DNA of 64,000 bases from Lytechinus pictus (Eukaryota), in assembly GCF_037042905.1 (NCBI RefSeq), contig NC_087245.1, positions 7,752,001 to 7,816,000 of the forward strand, in the 5' to 3' direction. The position numbers were made by a program, and so were the translations under genes. This document shows positions 51,016-63,299 of this stretch, piece by piece. Below the pieces are notes generated by a model. That model was not told the DNA's origin, did not search any database, and saw only the letters and a program-made list of their open reading frames with translations. The stretch's first letter is position 1; each line of letters begins with the position of its first letter.

Positions 51016-54000
51016 GTCTTTACAATTTTCTTCCCTTTCATACGTTTCAATTACCTTTAGCATGCATGCATGATTTCATCCTGTACAATCCTCATTCAGT
51101 ACACTTATTGCATGACCATTTCACAAGGAAAGAAAATGCTCTTGCTATCATTTTATATTCTTGCTCCATTGCACAGTCACATTTATTATGAAATTACCTG
51201 CATTTATATTTTGTTTTCTCATTTTGTGTTTGTGGATACATTCTACTCTCCTTTGTTAATGTATCCCCTCTCTCTGTAATTGTTTTCATATTTTGTTGTT
51301 TCTTTCTTTGACTTCATTCCCCCATTTCACTGTAATACCCTCTTGTAGTATCTCTCAACCAGCTCAGGTCTGAAAACATGATGCAAGTTACCTACTCATA
51401 ACCATGTCATTTATGAATTATGTTTTATATGCTCATAAGTTCTTAATGATATAATCTTTATTGTTTTTCATCATTCCAATTGCTGCTTTGAAAAAAAGAA
51501 ATTATGCAGGTGCATTCAAGGTGCCATCCAGTTTATGTTGAAGGGAATAAAAGAAATTCAATATACCAGTATATATCAAGACCCTGAATGAAATAGCTGG
51601 GATAATGCTCACTGTTTCTTTATTATTGTAATTTAATATTTACGACGAAAACTTGAAAATATGCAGTTTACATGGTATGAAATATTAAGTAATTTATTTA
51701 AGAAAAAAAATAAACATTGGCCTTTATGTTGAAATGTAATTTTTCATGAAAAATCTTGGCATGGTCCATTAGCTTTGGATCCAAAATTTTCTGAGAATTT
51801 ATTCTATATTTTGACAGAAATTATTTTTAAAAAGAGAAAAATCATGTGAATATGATTATTCAGACTGAATCATGTAATATAAGAACTGAAGATGATTGGA
51901 TTGGTTACTTTTTAACAGAAATCCCCTTAGAAAATCTTACTTGTTGAATTTGCATATATTGAAAAAAATATATTATAGAATATGTCACTCCCATCAGTAT
52001 GATCAAGTGACCTTGAAGATGTACATATTTGCATTGAAATTGAATAATATTAAAAGCTGTTTTACTTCTCTTGAACACTAATTCTAAATCGGTGAATAAA
52101 CTATATGAATCTTTATTGTTTTAAAGCCTGTTTGATGGTTTAGGAATTTCATTCATGGTCTTGACCCAAGTTATAATAGTAAGTAGAGACAGAGATGGAT
52201 AAGAAAAATGATGTAAAGCAAAAATAAATTACATCATAATTGATTTCTTTGTCTGAAGTACATGTACATGAAATGTTCAGTCCTATAAACTTCCTGCCTG
52301 GTGTTTTATCGGTCACTTGTCATTTGAATGTATATTCAGAATGAGTTTGAGACTGGGTGGAGTTGTCATAATATTTGCATGCTATACATCTTTTGTTCAG
52401 CTTCTCATGGCCTTGTATTCATTTGTTTTTTTTATTTTCTGTCAGCTGGTTCTATATAATGTTTGCGTTCTCATATTCATATTGATTTTTCATATTTCAT
52501 TTTGAGTTTCTCTCATGTGTAATGCGTTTTTATTATTGCTTTGATGCATTTGGTGGACAACTGTCATTTCATATTGCATTTAAATTTATTTACACATTAT
52601 TTTTTAGGTGTCTCTATGGTTATGAGTTTGTTTATTTATATCCAGTTTGCTTGTATATTTAAATTTGGTTTCAATCGCATATAATGTTATGCTTTATTTT
52701 TCTTTGTTTTCCACACTAATGCTTTAATGTTTCATGCAGATTATTAACAAAATTGCATTTTAGAATATGAAAAAATCTGTGTTGTTGCAGTATAATGAAA
52801 AAAAAATTAATCTCACTAACCTGAAATAAATAACTTACCACTTCTCTTTTTTTCTTTCTTTCTGGTTTATCTCATAATTATTTTTGTTATTGTTGTTGTA
52901 GCTCCTTGTCATATTCATTTCAAACTGTATAAGGCTTATGAAATTCATATACCATCACTATGGGTTTAATAATTGTATCATTCTATAAAGTGTACATGTG
53001 ATTTTGGCTGATTCAGATTTTGGAAATGATCTTGCTATTATACACATGAACTCACAAGTATTGACAACAAAGGGAAGATGGAGAAATATTAGACAGTGCT
53101 AACTTAAGAATACTTGTTGATATTGAGAATATGTTATAAAGAAAGAATAACATTTTCTCTCCAAATCTAAATATTTTCCTCATTTCCAAAATGATATCCA
53201 TAGTTACATTACAATTAAGAGCACTGTACAGCTTACATTGACATCAAGATACAGGGGCATATAGAGAGAGTATTCAAAGAATTGACAAAATACAGGAAAG
53301 CTTGCTGCATTATTGGGATATGTATGAGTATTTTATCAATTGGGTGTTACATCATTTCACTCCTCCGTGATCAGTAGTTTGGGTGTATTATTACCATTGT
53401 TTATTTAACATTGTCTTTCACAAGAGCAGAATTCATATTGTAAGTGATATCCATGTTTATTGCTTAATTCATTTGTTGGGAGAAAAATCAAGGATAATGT
53501 ATTATTATTTCATTTTCTTGAAAATAATCACATATACATGTATAATCTGTTATTATTTTCCTAACCATTAACTTTTTTTTCTTTTCAATAACATTACAAA
53601 TTTTTCTTTCATTTGATTCAGTTTGTCAATGATGTTCACAAATGTTATCATTTTACATATGGTTTTTATAACTGCATTCATTATAAATGCCAAAGAATGT
53701 TTTAAGAGCTACTCTACACTTTACATGCTGATACTCTTTATTACACTTTTATATCATGATATTCCGCTATGAATTTTGAACTAGAATAATGATTTGATTT
53801 ACAAAATCTTTCATGCATTGATTTCAGTATGCGCCATTGTAATTCTTTAAATATATTCTACAATTGTTAACAATCTAGAACATGATTTTCCAAAATGATC
53901 AGCAATTACAAATTTCTTTATAAGTTCTGTAGAATTATATTATTATTTTAAGTCTTTTCCATATTTTAAGATATATTAAAGTGTATTTTATGGCTAGGTT

Positions 54001-54326
54001 TCAATTGTTATTCTTGTGTCTCTTAAAGATTGAGGATCTTATGATTCTTTTTCTTTCCCAAAACCATATAGTATTTCACTGTTGGTGATAGATTTGAAAA
54101 AATATAATAATCACAGGAATATTAATTTACATGTATCAACATAGACCCTTATTCTTGATATACTTTGAATGTGATATATATAGTATAATTTCAAATAATA
54201 CGTGTACATCCAAAGAATAATTCTCATAATAATTATAAGAATAATTATTAGCACTGACTCAAATGAATATATGGGTTTTCTTGATGAAAGTTGATATTAA
54301 TTTATGAATATTTTGTGTGTTTACAG

Positions 54327-54395
54327 ACTTTATAGGTTCATCTGCACAAGATGGAAACTCTGATCTTAGACTCAAGGAGGAATATGGTTCAGAAG
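54327..54395 (+). CDS. DGKQ: DGK-theta exon, linker (DFIGSSAQDGNSDLRLKEEYGSE)
   Basis: tttacag acceptor; GAAG|gtgggt donor; 69 nt, phase 1 to 1. Confidence 0.75.
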
Positions 54396-55226
54396 GTGGG
54401 TGGGATTCTAAACAGTATTCAAGAATTTATGATTAAAACAAAATCAAAATTTAGATTAGAAACTGAAGTGTTAAAAATGCAGCTCTTGAGCCTGTATCAT
54501 TTAGACTTACAATTATTCTAATTCTGTCATTATTGTTGCTACCATTGAAGTCTTGATTGTAATTGGCTGCTGAGTCCTGCTAACATGATCATTGTCTAAA
54601 TGGCAAATTTACCAGTGTTGCACCTCTCTACAGGCCTCTTGTCAGACTTACATATATGTATAGCCTATCAGATCAGATTATCATTAAGTCATATTCCAAT
54701 CAACTATAGATGAAATCCAATATTTTTAGATTAAATTCTCTGTGCTAACATGTCAAGATTTGAGTAGAGTTATAGAACTGACCTCCATTATGTTAAAACA
54801 AAATATTTGGGGTATCTTGTATATTACATGAAATGTAACCAGTTTTTTTGTAAAATATTGTGAGTAACTTAAAAGAGTTTATGAAATGGCCCTCAGTATT
54901 AATAGGATGTCTACTTGGTGAATTGGTTAGCACATGGCAATCTATAAAAGCGTAGTCTTAATTAATATCAAGTTAACTTTCTATGAGAAAAGCAATCTTT
55001 GTACCACATTCAGATTACACCAGCCAATGTGGAGAACCTCTCGACAGAATTTTCAATTCTTTTAGGTGATCCCCAGGCATTGGCTGGTGCTCAATTTTAC
55101 ATTTCTTTTGTAATGTTTCTATTGCTGTCATGTTTTCTTGCCTGGAAATGAAATAAATAAATAAAAAAAATAAAAATGAAATAAATAAATAAATTTGTTG
55201 AATTATACGTATATTCTATCTTTCAG

Positions 55227-55327
55227 ATGGTCATTTAGTTCGATTGTTTGATGGACCAGCCTCTCTAGAGAAAGGTTCATATCATCTCATCTGTGTTGCC
55301 AAGGATACCACCATGAAACAGCTGACA
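55227..55327 (+). CDS. DGKQ: DGK-theta exon, first RA/ubiquitin-like region (DGHLVRLFDGPASLEKGSYHLICVAKDTTMKQLT)
   Basis: tttcag acceptor; ACA|gtaaga donor; (V/I)xxFDG motif typical of DGK-theta; phase 1 to 0. Confidence 0.88.
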
Positions 55328-56303
55328 GTAAGATCATTACACTATTCAATGTGTTGGCAACCCCAAAATTCTGAGAACAACGAATTCATCTGGGACTTTG
55401 CAGTACTTGTCTGTCAAAAATGATGATTTTGGCTGTTGTTATCATTATGAACTGGGTTTGTTGCAGAAAGAGCTCTTATTGACTCTTTGCATGCTGAATT
55501 AAATTTGTGGGGATAATAATGACAATTGTTTCCATGTTATTTTCTTTAAATCAAGATTTCCATATCGCACAATTGATACTTGTGATCATTATATAGATGT
55601 TATCCAAGAATTGCCTTTTATTAGCTTCTCTAATTTGAAGTTAGGGGAGAAAAGTAATTGTTACGATTGTTCATTTCAATTGTACAAATGTGCAAAATTG
55701 CAACATCAGCGCGAAAAGAGTTAAAGGCAACTAAAAAAATCAAGCAAAACAATTTTTTTTCCCCACTCAGATGCAGCCATTTTGACTTGCATTTGATTGC
55801 TAGTACCTTCTAAGGCTATTGTATCACATGGTAATCACATGATAAAGTTGCTGTTTGGATGGACTTTCTTTAGAAGAAAGAAGAAGCCATTTTTGGTCAT
55901 GATGATAATCACTTGTATTCTTGTGCAGAAGCCATGTGAGGAGGAGGCTATAATTATTAGATTGTTAAGCATACCACAAAGTATTAACCTAATCATGTTT
56001 AGATTTTTACTACTTATGCACTAGATAACTAATCATACCTTCTTTCAACATCTTTATTCAATTTGATTATCTAAATTTCTCTTCCAGAGAGCAGATATTA
56101 CTGTCATATATACAAAATTCAAAATGAGTGAATCCTAAAACCTTGATGCCTTGAAAGAAATAGAGAGTTATTGATTATCTAATTGACTGATCTATTAAAA
56201 TGATATGTACTCTTGAACAATTGTTTATGTTGTAGTCTTGTCTGTGTTGCCCTTATCGTATTCAATGAAAACAACAATGATTATTTTCATTTTTTTTATT
56301 CAG

Positions 56304-56385
56304 GAAACGGCAATGAGGTCATTTTACATTGCTGACAATGCTGCTCTATACTACCTCACAGAAGTAGCAGAATCAGGTCAAAACG
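56304..56385 (+). CDS. DGKQ: DGK-theta exon (ETAMRSFYIADNAALYYLTEVAESGQN)
   Basis: T-tract and cag acceptor; AACG|gtaaat donor; resembles the AALRAFHI...YxL segment of DGK-theta; phase 0 to 1. Confidence 0.88.
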
Positions 56386-56644
56386 GTAAATACATGTACA
56401 TGTAACACTCAAACTCTATCCACCGTCTGTGTACCTCCTACCCCCCCTCCTTCCCTCCGAATTTTTCACCATTCTTCAGTAATGTTTTGAAAATGTGTAC
56501 CATGTGTTAAGAAAAAATGATAAGTACATGTACCCTATTGGATTCTGAATATCATGTGATACTACTATAGTTGGATTAATATAGCACTTTTTGCCATAGG
56601 ATACCAAACACAACTGTTAGTACCATTGATTTATCAGCAGTGCT

Positions 56645-56776
56645 CAGTGCACTCACCTTGCTTGAGTGCGGTACAGTGTGGATCAATTTCTTGCTGAAGG
56701 AAATTACGCCATGGGATTTAAACCCATGATCCTACTTTCAAAGTCTGGAGACTAATTCACTAAGCCACAACGCACC
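56645..56776 (-). mobile_element. tRNA-derived SINE head, degenerate
   Basis: Minus strand GGTGCGTTGTGGCTTAGTGAATT (A-box-like) ... GGTTTAAATCCC (B-box-like), then CCTTCAGCAAGAAATT. Confidence 0.6.
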
Positions 56777-57570
56777 ATATGTAAGTCATGCAAAACGTGG
56801 AAAATTTTCTCATAATTTAGGATAAAATTGCAAAGAGACATGAGTGCAGTGGCATGAAATTTATCTTGGGTGAGAAAGTAATTTATCTGTTCTATGATGT
56901 GAAGTGCGTTAAAAAAAATGTCCGTTTGTCTCACCTAATGTAAAATTTCAAGCCATTACAAGAAAGTACTTGCTATTTGTGTTGTACAACATCTCAGAAA
57001 TTTAGATATTCACGAAAAGGACAAGTTGAAATCTTATAAGGTTGAAAAGAATTCCTGATTATACTAAAAAACTTTGCTGATACTGTAACTTTTACATGGA
57101 TGACCTGAAAGTCCAATTTTATTTCGCAAGTTCGCGCAAAGTTTGTCACAAAATAAACCAAACAAATAATTTAACCCTCTCAGAGTTGCGGTTGGCAAGC
57201 GCTGAGCTGAATACACAGCAGTCAAATTGTGACATACGTGGCAGTAAAATGGTTCATTTCAGTATGTTTTCTATTGTACTAATGCTCAAGATTTCTTGTT
57301 ACAGCTCTAGACCCTGACAAGTTAAAAGCCATTTTAGCTAACCTTCATAACAAGGCAATATTTTAAAAAGCTCATTTCAAAATACAATTTACTGTGGCCA
57401 TAGGATGCTTTGTACCATAATTAGTCCAATAGGGCATTTTATGCTCCATGTGGCAAATCAGGACCAGTATTTTTAAACCCTACAGTAACAAGCTTTTATG
57501 TAGCTGGCATTGTACAGTGGACTATTGATAAAAAGGAAGGGGCTATTTTTCATATGTATGATTGATGTAG

Positions 57571-57671
57571 GTTCCCAGACTATTGAGAGAAGACCCAGGG
57601 ACAATGAGACAGTTCATCAACTCTGTAAACATCATCCTACTAAGATTCCATCATTCATACTCAAATACCAG
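57571..57671 (+). CDS. DGKQ: DGK-theta exon (GSQTIERRPRDNETVHQLCKHHPTKIPSFILKYQ)
   Basis: tgtag acceptor; CAG|gtaaga donor; phase 1 to 0; inside ORF 57510-57752. Confidence 0.82.
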
Positions 57672-57940
57672 GTAAGACATTACAGCTCTGCAGTGACTGA
57701 GAATTCAATAGATGCATATATGTCAACCTCTCACGAGTCAAATATCCACTGAGTTCAGACACATGAAGGGAATCCATTGATGCATGTTGTTTGTGTTATT
57801 AAAAAAAGAATGCTTTCAACTCTGTAGCAGAATATTCAATATTGTTACATAGCTTGATATATGATGAATAATAATAATGATAAAGCAACTTTACTGCTCA
57901 TATCAAGCATGCAGAGAACTCAATGCCCCAATCATTATTA

Positions 57941-58599
57941 TTGTCTCGCCCACCAGAGGTGAAGGCGAGACTTAGGGATCCAAATGTCATCCGTCCATCA
58001 CAAACCTTATGACACATAACTCCACAACCGTAAGTCGCTTTTCAACCAAACTTGGATGGTAGATGGACTTGGGGGACCTGCATGTTATGCTGCAGTCGGA
58101 GGTCACAGGTTAAGGTCAAAGGTCATTTTCAGGTCAACGTTAAAGTTTACATGCAAGACTCTCTTATGACACCTAACTCAGCAACCCTAAGTCACTTTTT
58201 TCTCCAAACTTGGATGGTAGGTGGACTTGGGGGACCTGCATGTTAGGCTGCAGTTGGAGGTCACATGGTAAGGTCAAAGGTCATTTTCAGGTCAACGTTA
58301 AATTTTACATGCAAGACTCTCTTATGACACCTAACTCCGCAACCATAAGTCACTTTTCAACCAAACTTGCATTGTAGATGGACTTGGGGGACCTGCATGT
58401 TATGCTGCAGTGGGAGGTCACATGGTAAGGTCAAAGGTCATTTTCAGGTCAACGTTAAAGTTTACGTGCAAGGCTCTTTTTCCATCCCAGTCATTTCACA
58501 ATGAAGTTTCGATACAATTCTGTTGCGTACCCTCGCAAATCACTATATTTCTGGTTATTTTCATAAGTGGGTGAGACACAAAATCGCTTTTGCCTTGTT
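57941..58599 (+). mobile_element. HINE-like element family H2, full length, about 3 units of ~157 bp
   Basis: 5' TTGTCTCGCCCAC..GGCGAGAC hairpin; short TCCG/TCCA microsatellite; tandem units; 3' GTGGGTGAGAC..GCCTTGTT. Confidence 0.82.
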
Positions 58600-58957
58600 A
58601 TTATTACCATGGCTGTATCAATAGTAATTTTCTCTGAGAATTGAAGCTTGAATTTTGGTATCATATGTTTATATGCTGAAAAATAGGGAGATTTCAAATT
58701 TGGCATGGACCTTTTGTTGTTGATGTCGCGCTGATTGTTAGATCAGCAGAGCACCAAAGTTATAACTGAGGTTGTTCCTCTCTCCAGGTGTTCAGCTATC
58801 AATATTGTGCTTTGGATTTTTAGGTGTTTGGGATGGGAAAGACAATCTTAATGGTGCTTCAACACCAACACAACTTGAAATCACCCAGTGTTTTCAACAT
58901 CTCTTGTCCATTAATGTTACTATTTTTCATTATTTTGTTGTTTGTCTTTTTTTTCAG

Positions 58958-59013
58958 GGAGGTGACGCAAAGAAGGGTATAATCAAGGTGTATCCTGGCA
59001 ATTTAGATTCTCC
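58958..59013 (+). CDS. DGKQ: DGK-theta exon, start of RA domain (GGDAKKGIIKVYPGNLDSP)
   Basis: T-tract and cag acceptor; CC|gtaagt donor; GxIKVYPG RA-domain motif; phase 0 to 2. Confidence 0.9.
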
Positions 59014-59631
59014 GTAAGTTAATCCTTCTAAACAGTCAATCATTTTGCTATAATGGTAACTACCATGGTAACATAGCTTGGTAACCAATCAAAATTGAAG
59101 ATTCCATAGGAGTCATCCTATTCAAAAGTCGTTATAATAAATGCATGATGCTTTGCCATATTTTAATGAAGTACACAGTGTTTGATTTGAGATGTAATAT
59201 GTAAGATAAAATTTGTTGAGATATACCCAAACTTTATTGTAATGCAGAAGAAATGATACGTTGTGGAAGACTTTGTAACAATTAACATGGCCATTTGTAA
59301 AGGCCGCCTCAAGACTGACTCCACTGAGATTTATTTATATATCCTCCAAGACAGAGTCTGATTCATCCAAGTAATAAACATATTACAACATGTTGGCAGC
59401 AGTGGGATACAACTTTACCTGTATGAAATTGTAAATATTAAAGTATACCATTTGGTATAACACCCCCAGCTCTAATTAGATTTGAGATTATAGGAACAAA
59501 GGTCGCAGGTCATTGCTAAAAATAGCCTGTGATCATGAAACCTAATAGACTGACTTATTTTCATGAAACTTTGTAACTAGTTGACTCAATCTCAATAACC
59601 CATGTTGTGTTTCCTTCTTTTTTTCCCCCAG

Positions 59632-59722
59632 AGTGCCTGTTGAGTTTACATCAATCTCTATCACCAGTTATATTTCAGTGGAGGAGATCATTGATATGTC
59701 CTTGCATAAATTTGGCCTTGAG
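59632..59722 (+). CDS. DGKQ: DGK-theta exon, RA domain (VPVEFTSISITSYISVEEIIDMSLHKFGLE)
   Basis: cccccag acceptor; GAG|gtatgg donor; phase 2 to 0; LxKFGL RA motif. Confidence 0.9.
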
Positions 59723-59935
59723 GTATGGATTCTTGCAACATGTATATTTCACATTTTATTTTAAGGAAGTAACAACATGTATTTTTATTGTCTATACAAA
59801 TCCATTTATAATTCTTCATTTTAAACTTTGGCAATATGAATAAATGTGACTTGCCACCCCAAAACCAACAATAAGTCAACCCAAATAATTGTTTAGATTT
59901 TTATTGAGCTTGAATATAGGCTCAATATTGTGATA

Positions 59936-60031
59936 TAATAATAATAACGCAGTTCTTGCATAGCGCATATCACATTATGTCATAACGTCCCTATGCGCTT
60001 CCAAAGGACTTGGATATTATTACCCTGGCTT
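59936..60031 (-). mobile_element. SINE 3' fragment with (TTA)n tail
   Basis: (ATA)n run, then ..ATAGCGC..ATTATTACCCTGGCTTT shared with 63707-63847. Confidence 0.55.
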
Positions 60032-60209
60032 TATATGATTAGATATATGATATGTGAGATAATACTTGTCAAAGCATAGTCGACCCACACAAGTACTTGA
60101 TTGAAGACATTCAGCGAGAACTTCAAAGAATGAGGAGAAAACAAGTTTAAAGTGTAGTGTCACTCATGCATGATGCAGTCATTCATACCTTCCTTTATCT
60201 TTTTTTCAG

Positions 60210-60323
60210 GATGAAGAACCAGTTCAGTACTCTTTAGTTGAGATGATCATGGATCATGAATTACAAGAAAGAGCTATGGAAAGAGATGAATGTCCATGGA
60301 CTCAACTTCTCAAAGCACGCAAG
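60210..60323 (+). CDS. DGKQ: DGK-theta exon, RA domain (DEEPVQYSLVEMIMDHELQERAMERDECPWTQLLKARK)
   Basis: ttttcag acceptor; AAG|gtcagt donor; YxLxE...ER...ExP RA motif; 38 codons. Confidence 0.92.
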
Positions 60324-60668
60324 GTCAGTACAGAGTTGTGATGAATCTGCTTTATTTTCCTAACTACAAAATGGGTCTTCATTGAATCATTGCTGCACAA
60401 AATGAGTCAACATTTTTATACAGCGATTATTATTTTTTAAATGAATTTTGCCACTTTTTGTTGGGAGGGGGGAGGGTGAGTAGGGGGTTCAGTTTTATAT
60501 AAAGGTGTACAAGTCATTTTAGATGTCACAGTAGACTTCCCCTTTGCAAATTTGTATGTAACCATCTTGACATTACAAATAATTTGCTATTCTTGTGTAG
60601 TGCCCCTCTTAGTGATATGGTATAGTTTTGTATAAAATCTAAGTTGATTTCTTTCTTTTTTCTGCCAG

Positions 60669-60822
60669 AACTCTCTACGGAGGATGCAGAAGACTCGATA
60701 CTACCTACATAAGAAGGATAAGTGTGCATGTCATCAAGGAGCTCAAATGTTTGTTGGTAACCTACCAATCAATCTATCAGAACATAAGTATGCACACATC
60801 ATCAGGCACCTGCTAGAAGAAG
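60669..60822 (+). CDS. DGKQ: DGK-theta exon, RA end and RRM-like start (NSLRRMQKTRYYLHKKDKCACHQGAQMFVGNLPINLSEHKYAHIIRHLLEE)
   Basis: tgccag acceptor; GAAG|gttagt donor; SLRxMxxTRxY and FVGNLP motifs; phase 0 to 1. Confidence 0.92.
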
Positions 60823-61341
60823 GTTAGTACATTATTCTAAGGCTTATGCACACTGAATCCCAGGGGGACAATTGAATATAAACAAATTGTAAAAAGGGTA
60901 TGTATTTTAAAGAGCCACTTGTGTATAGAATCAATGTGATTTCTGTATGATATGCACTATCAATAATGGTAGCTTCCCCTGAAATGACTGGAGCAATAGG
61001 TGGACTGAGAAGGTTATCACTTGAATTATTTTGTTAAAAATTTACATTCATGAGCAGAATATCAGATGATATGTCACATATTCCCAATTCCTGTAGAGAA
61101 CTCTTTGTAGGCAAAAGAAGTTTGCTGATTATGTCATGAATCTAATATAAAGCTTTTCCAGAACTGTCCTCAAAATTCTTGAACTTGTGATACAACAGTA
61201 TTTTAACAGCCTTCCTGTATGTAATGTTAGGTATTATGATTTTTCAAAGCTTTGATCACTGTAAAGGCTTGAGTTATATTTTCTAAAGCCCACACTCACA
61301 TCACATTATCATGTTTCAAGGTGTTTTTGCTTTTATTTCAG

Positions 61342-61389
61342 CCAATTGCAAGGTCTTCAATGCAGTGAACAGTGTATATGAGCAATATG
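61342..61389 (+). CDS. DGKQ: DGK-theta 48-nt exon (ANCKVFNAVNSVYEQY)
   Basis: tttcag acceptor; ATG|gtaagt donor; phase 1 to 1; joins to form YEQYG. Confidence 0.85.
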
Positions 61390-61860
61390 GTAAGTGCTGT
61401 CAATCATGGATAATGATTTGAAGAGAAAATAATGACTGAAAAGGAAAATGTTTACTTTATCTTGTTGATTGCAAAATCACTTACAGATTATTTATTTAAA
61501 TTTGTTCCATATTTGAAAGACAGCTAATTGACACGTGTCATTTGTATGGTTTTCCCCCCAAAATAATATGTAATCGATGTTACATACCAGTCATGAAAGT
61601 TGCAATTAATTGTCTAATTTAATGATCATTTGTTGTTTGCACAGATGATGTGCAATAAAATTTTTTATCACAAAGCCAGATAGATCAAAAAAGTGTATTT
61701 CCTTCATTTTAAGAGGCTGCTAATCCAGTACATCATGAGTTGGATACCATATTTGATTCTTTCTTGAAGAAAACATATTATATTCATGTGAATATGTTGA
61801 TCTTTGCAAGATCTTTCTGATTTGTGCTATAGAAATATTAACCAAAATCTAGGAATAGGT

Positions 61861-63170
61861 TTTTTGTCTCACCTGCATAGCAGAGTGAGACTATATAGGC
61901 GCCGCTTTTCCGACGGCGGCGGCGTCAACACCAAATCTTAACCGAAGGTTAAGTTTTTGAAATGACAGCATAACTTAAAAAGTATAAGGACCTAGTTCAT
62001 GAAACTTGGCCATATGGTAATCAAGTATTACTGAACATCCTGCTTGAGTTTCACGTCACATGACCAAGGTCATTTAGGGTCAATGAACTTAGACCATGTT
62101 GGGGGAATCAACATCAAAATCTTCACCTAAGGTTAAGTTTTTGAAATGTCATCATAACTTAGAAAATATATGGACCTAGTTCATGAAACTTGGACATAAG
62201 GTTAATCAAGTATCACGAACATCCTGTGCAAGTTTCAGGTCACATGGTTAAGGTCAAAGGTCATTTAAGGTCAATGAACTTTGGCCAAGTTGGGGGTATT
62301 TGTTGAATTACCATCATAACTTTAAAAGTTTATTGGTCTAGTTCATAAAACGTGGACATAAGAGTAATCAAGTATCTTTGAACATTTCGTCCGAGTTTCA
62401 GGTCACATGACCAAAGTCAAAGGTCATTTAAGGTCATTGAACTTTGGCCATTTTAGAGGTAATTATTAGATTGATGCCATAACTTTCAAAGTTTATAGAT
62501 ATAGTGTATAAAATGTGGATGTAGGGGTAATCAAGTTTCACTGACAAGTTTTAGGTCACATGATCAAGATCAAATGTCAATGAACTTTGGCCATGTGGGG
62601 GATATCTGTTGAATTACCATCATAACTTTGAAAGTTTATGGATCTGATTCATGAAACTTGGACATAAGAGTAATCAAGTATCACTTAACATCCTGTGCAA
62701 ATTTTAGGTCACATGACCAATGTCAAAGGTCAATGAACTTTGGCCATGTGGGGGATATCTGTTGAATTACCATCATAACTTTGAAAGTTTATGGATCTGA
62801 TTCATGAAACTTGGACATAAGAGTAATCAAGTATCTTTGAACATTTCGTCCGAGTTTCAGGTCACATGACCAAAGTCAAAGGTCATTTAAGGTCATTGAA
62901 CTTTGGCCATTTTAGAGGTAATTATTAGATTGATGCCATAACTTTCAAAGTTTATAGATATAGTGTATAAAATGTGGATGTAGGGGTAATCAAGTTTCAC
63001 TGACAAGTTTTAGGTCACATGATCAAGATCAAATGTCAATGAACGTAGTATTGTATCATTATATGAATGTTTTTTGTGAATAATTATTTCATAGTAGTTT
63101 TCAAAGTCAGCACTGCTGCTATATTGAATCGCGTGATGCAGGTGAGACCGCCAGAGGCATTCCACTTGTT
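61861..63170 (+). mobile_element. HINE-like element family H1, full length, expanded internal array, inserted in a T-run
   Basis: Same termini as 5929-6896; T-runs on both flanks; internal higher-order duplication (~62356-62580 versus ~62813-63040). Confidence 0.85.
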
Positions 63171-63299
63171 TTTTTATTAATCCCTAGGAATAGGTATTTG
63201 GCTGCGCCTTTTCTTTTTTTGTACACATATACATGTTGGTATCAATAATGCTCATGGTATTTTCATTTATTTGATACCAGATAAAAGGCCAATTATGAT

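Noticed and set aside
49842..51191. 449-aa ORF as a standalone single-exon gene
   Set aside because: Its ends have intron-like composition, and internal splice sites at 49930 and 51015 fit the DGK-theta frame
56531..57436. Possible MITE bounded by CCCTATTGGA / TCCAATAGGG
   Set aside because: Only about 10 bp of inverted match, no clear TSD and no second copy in the window
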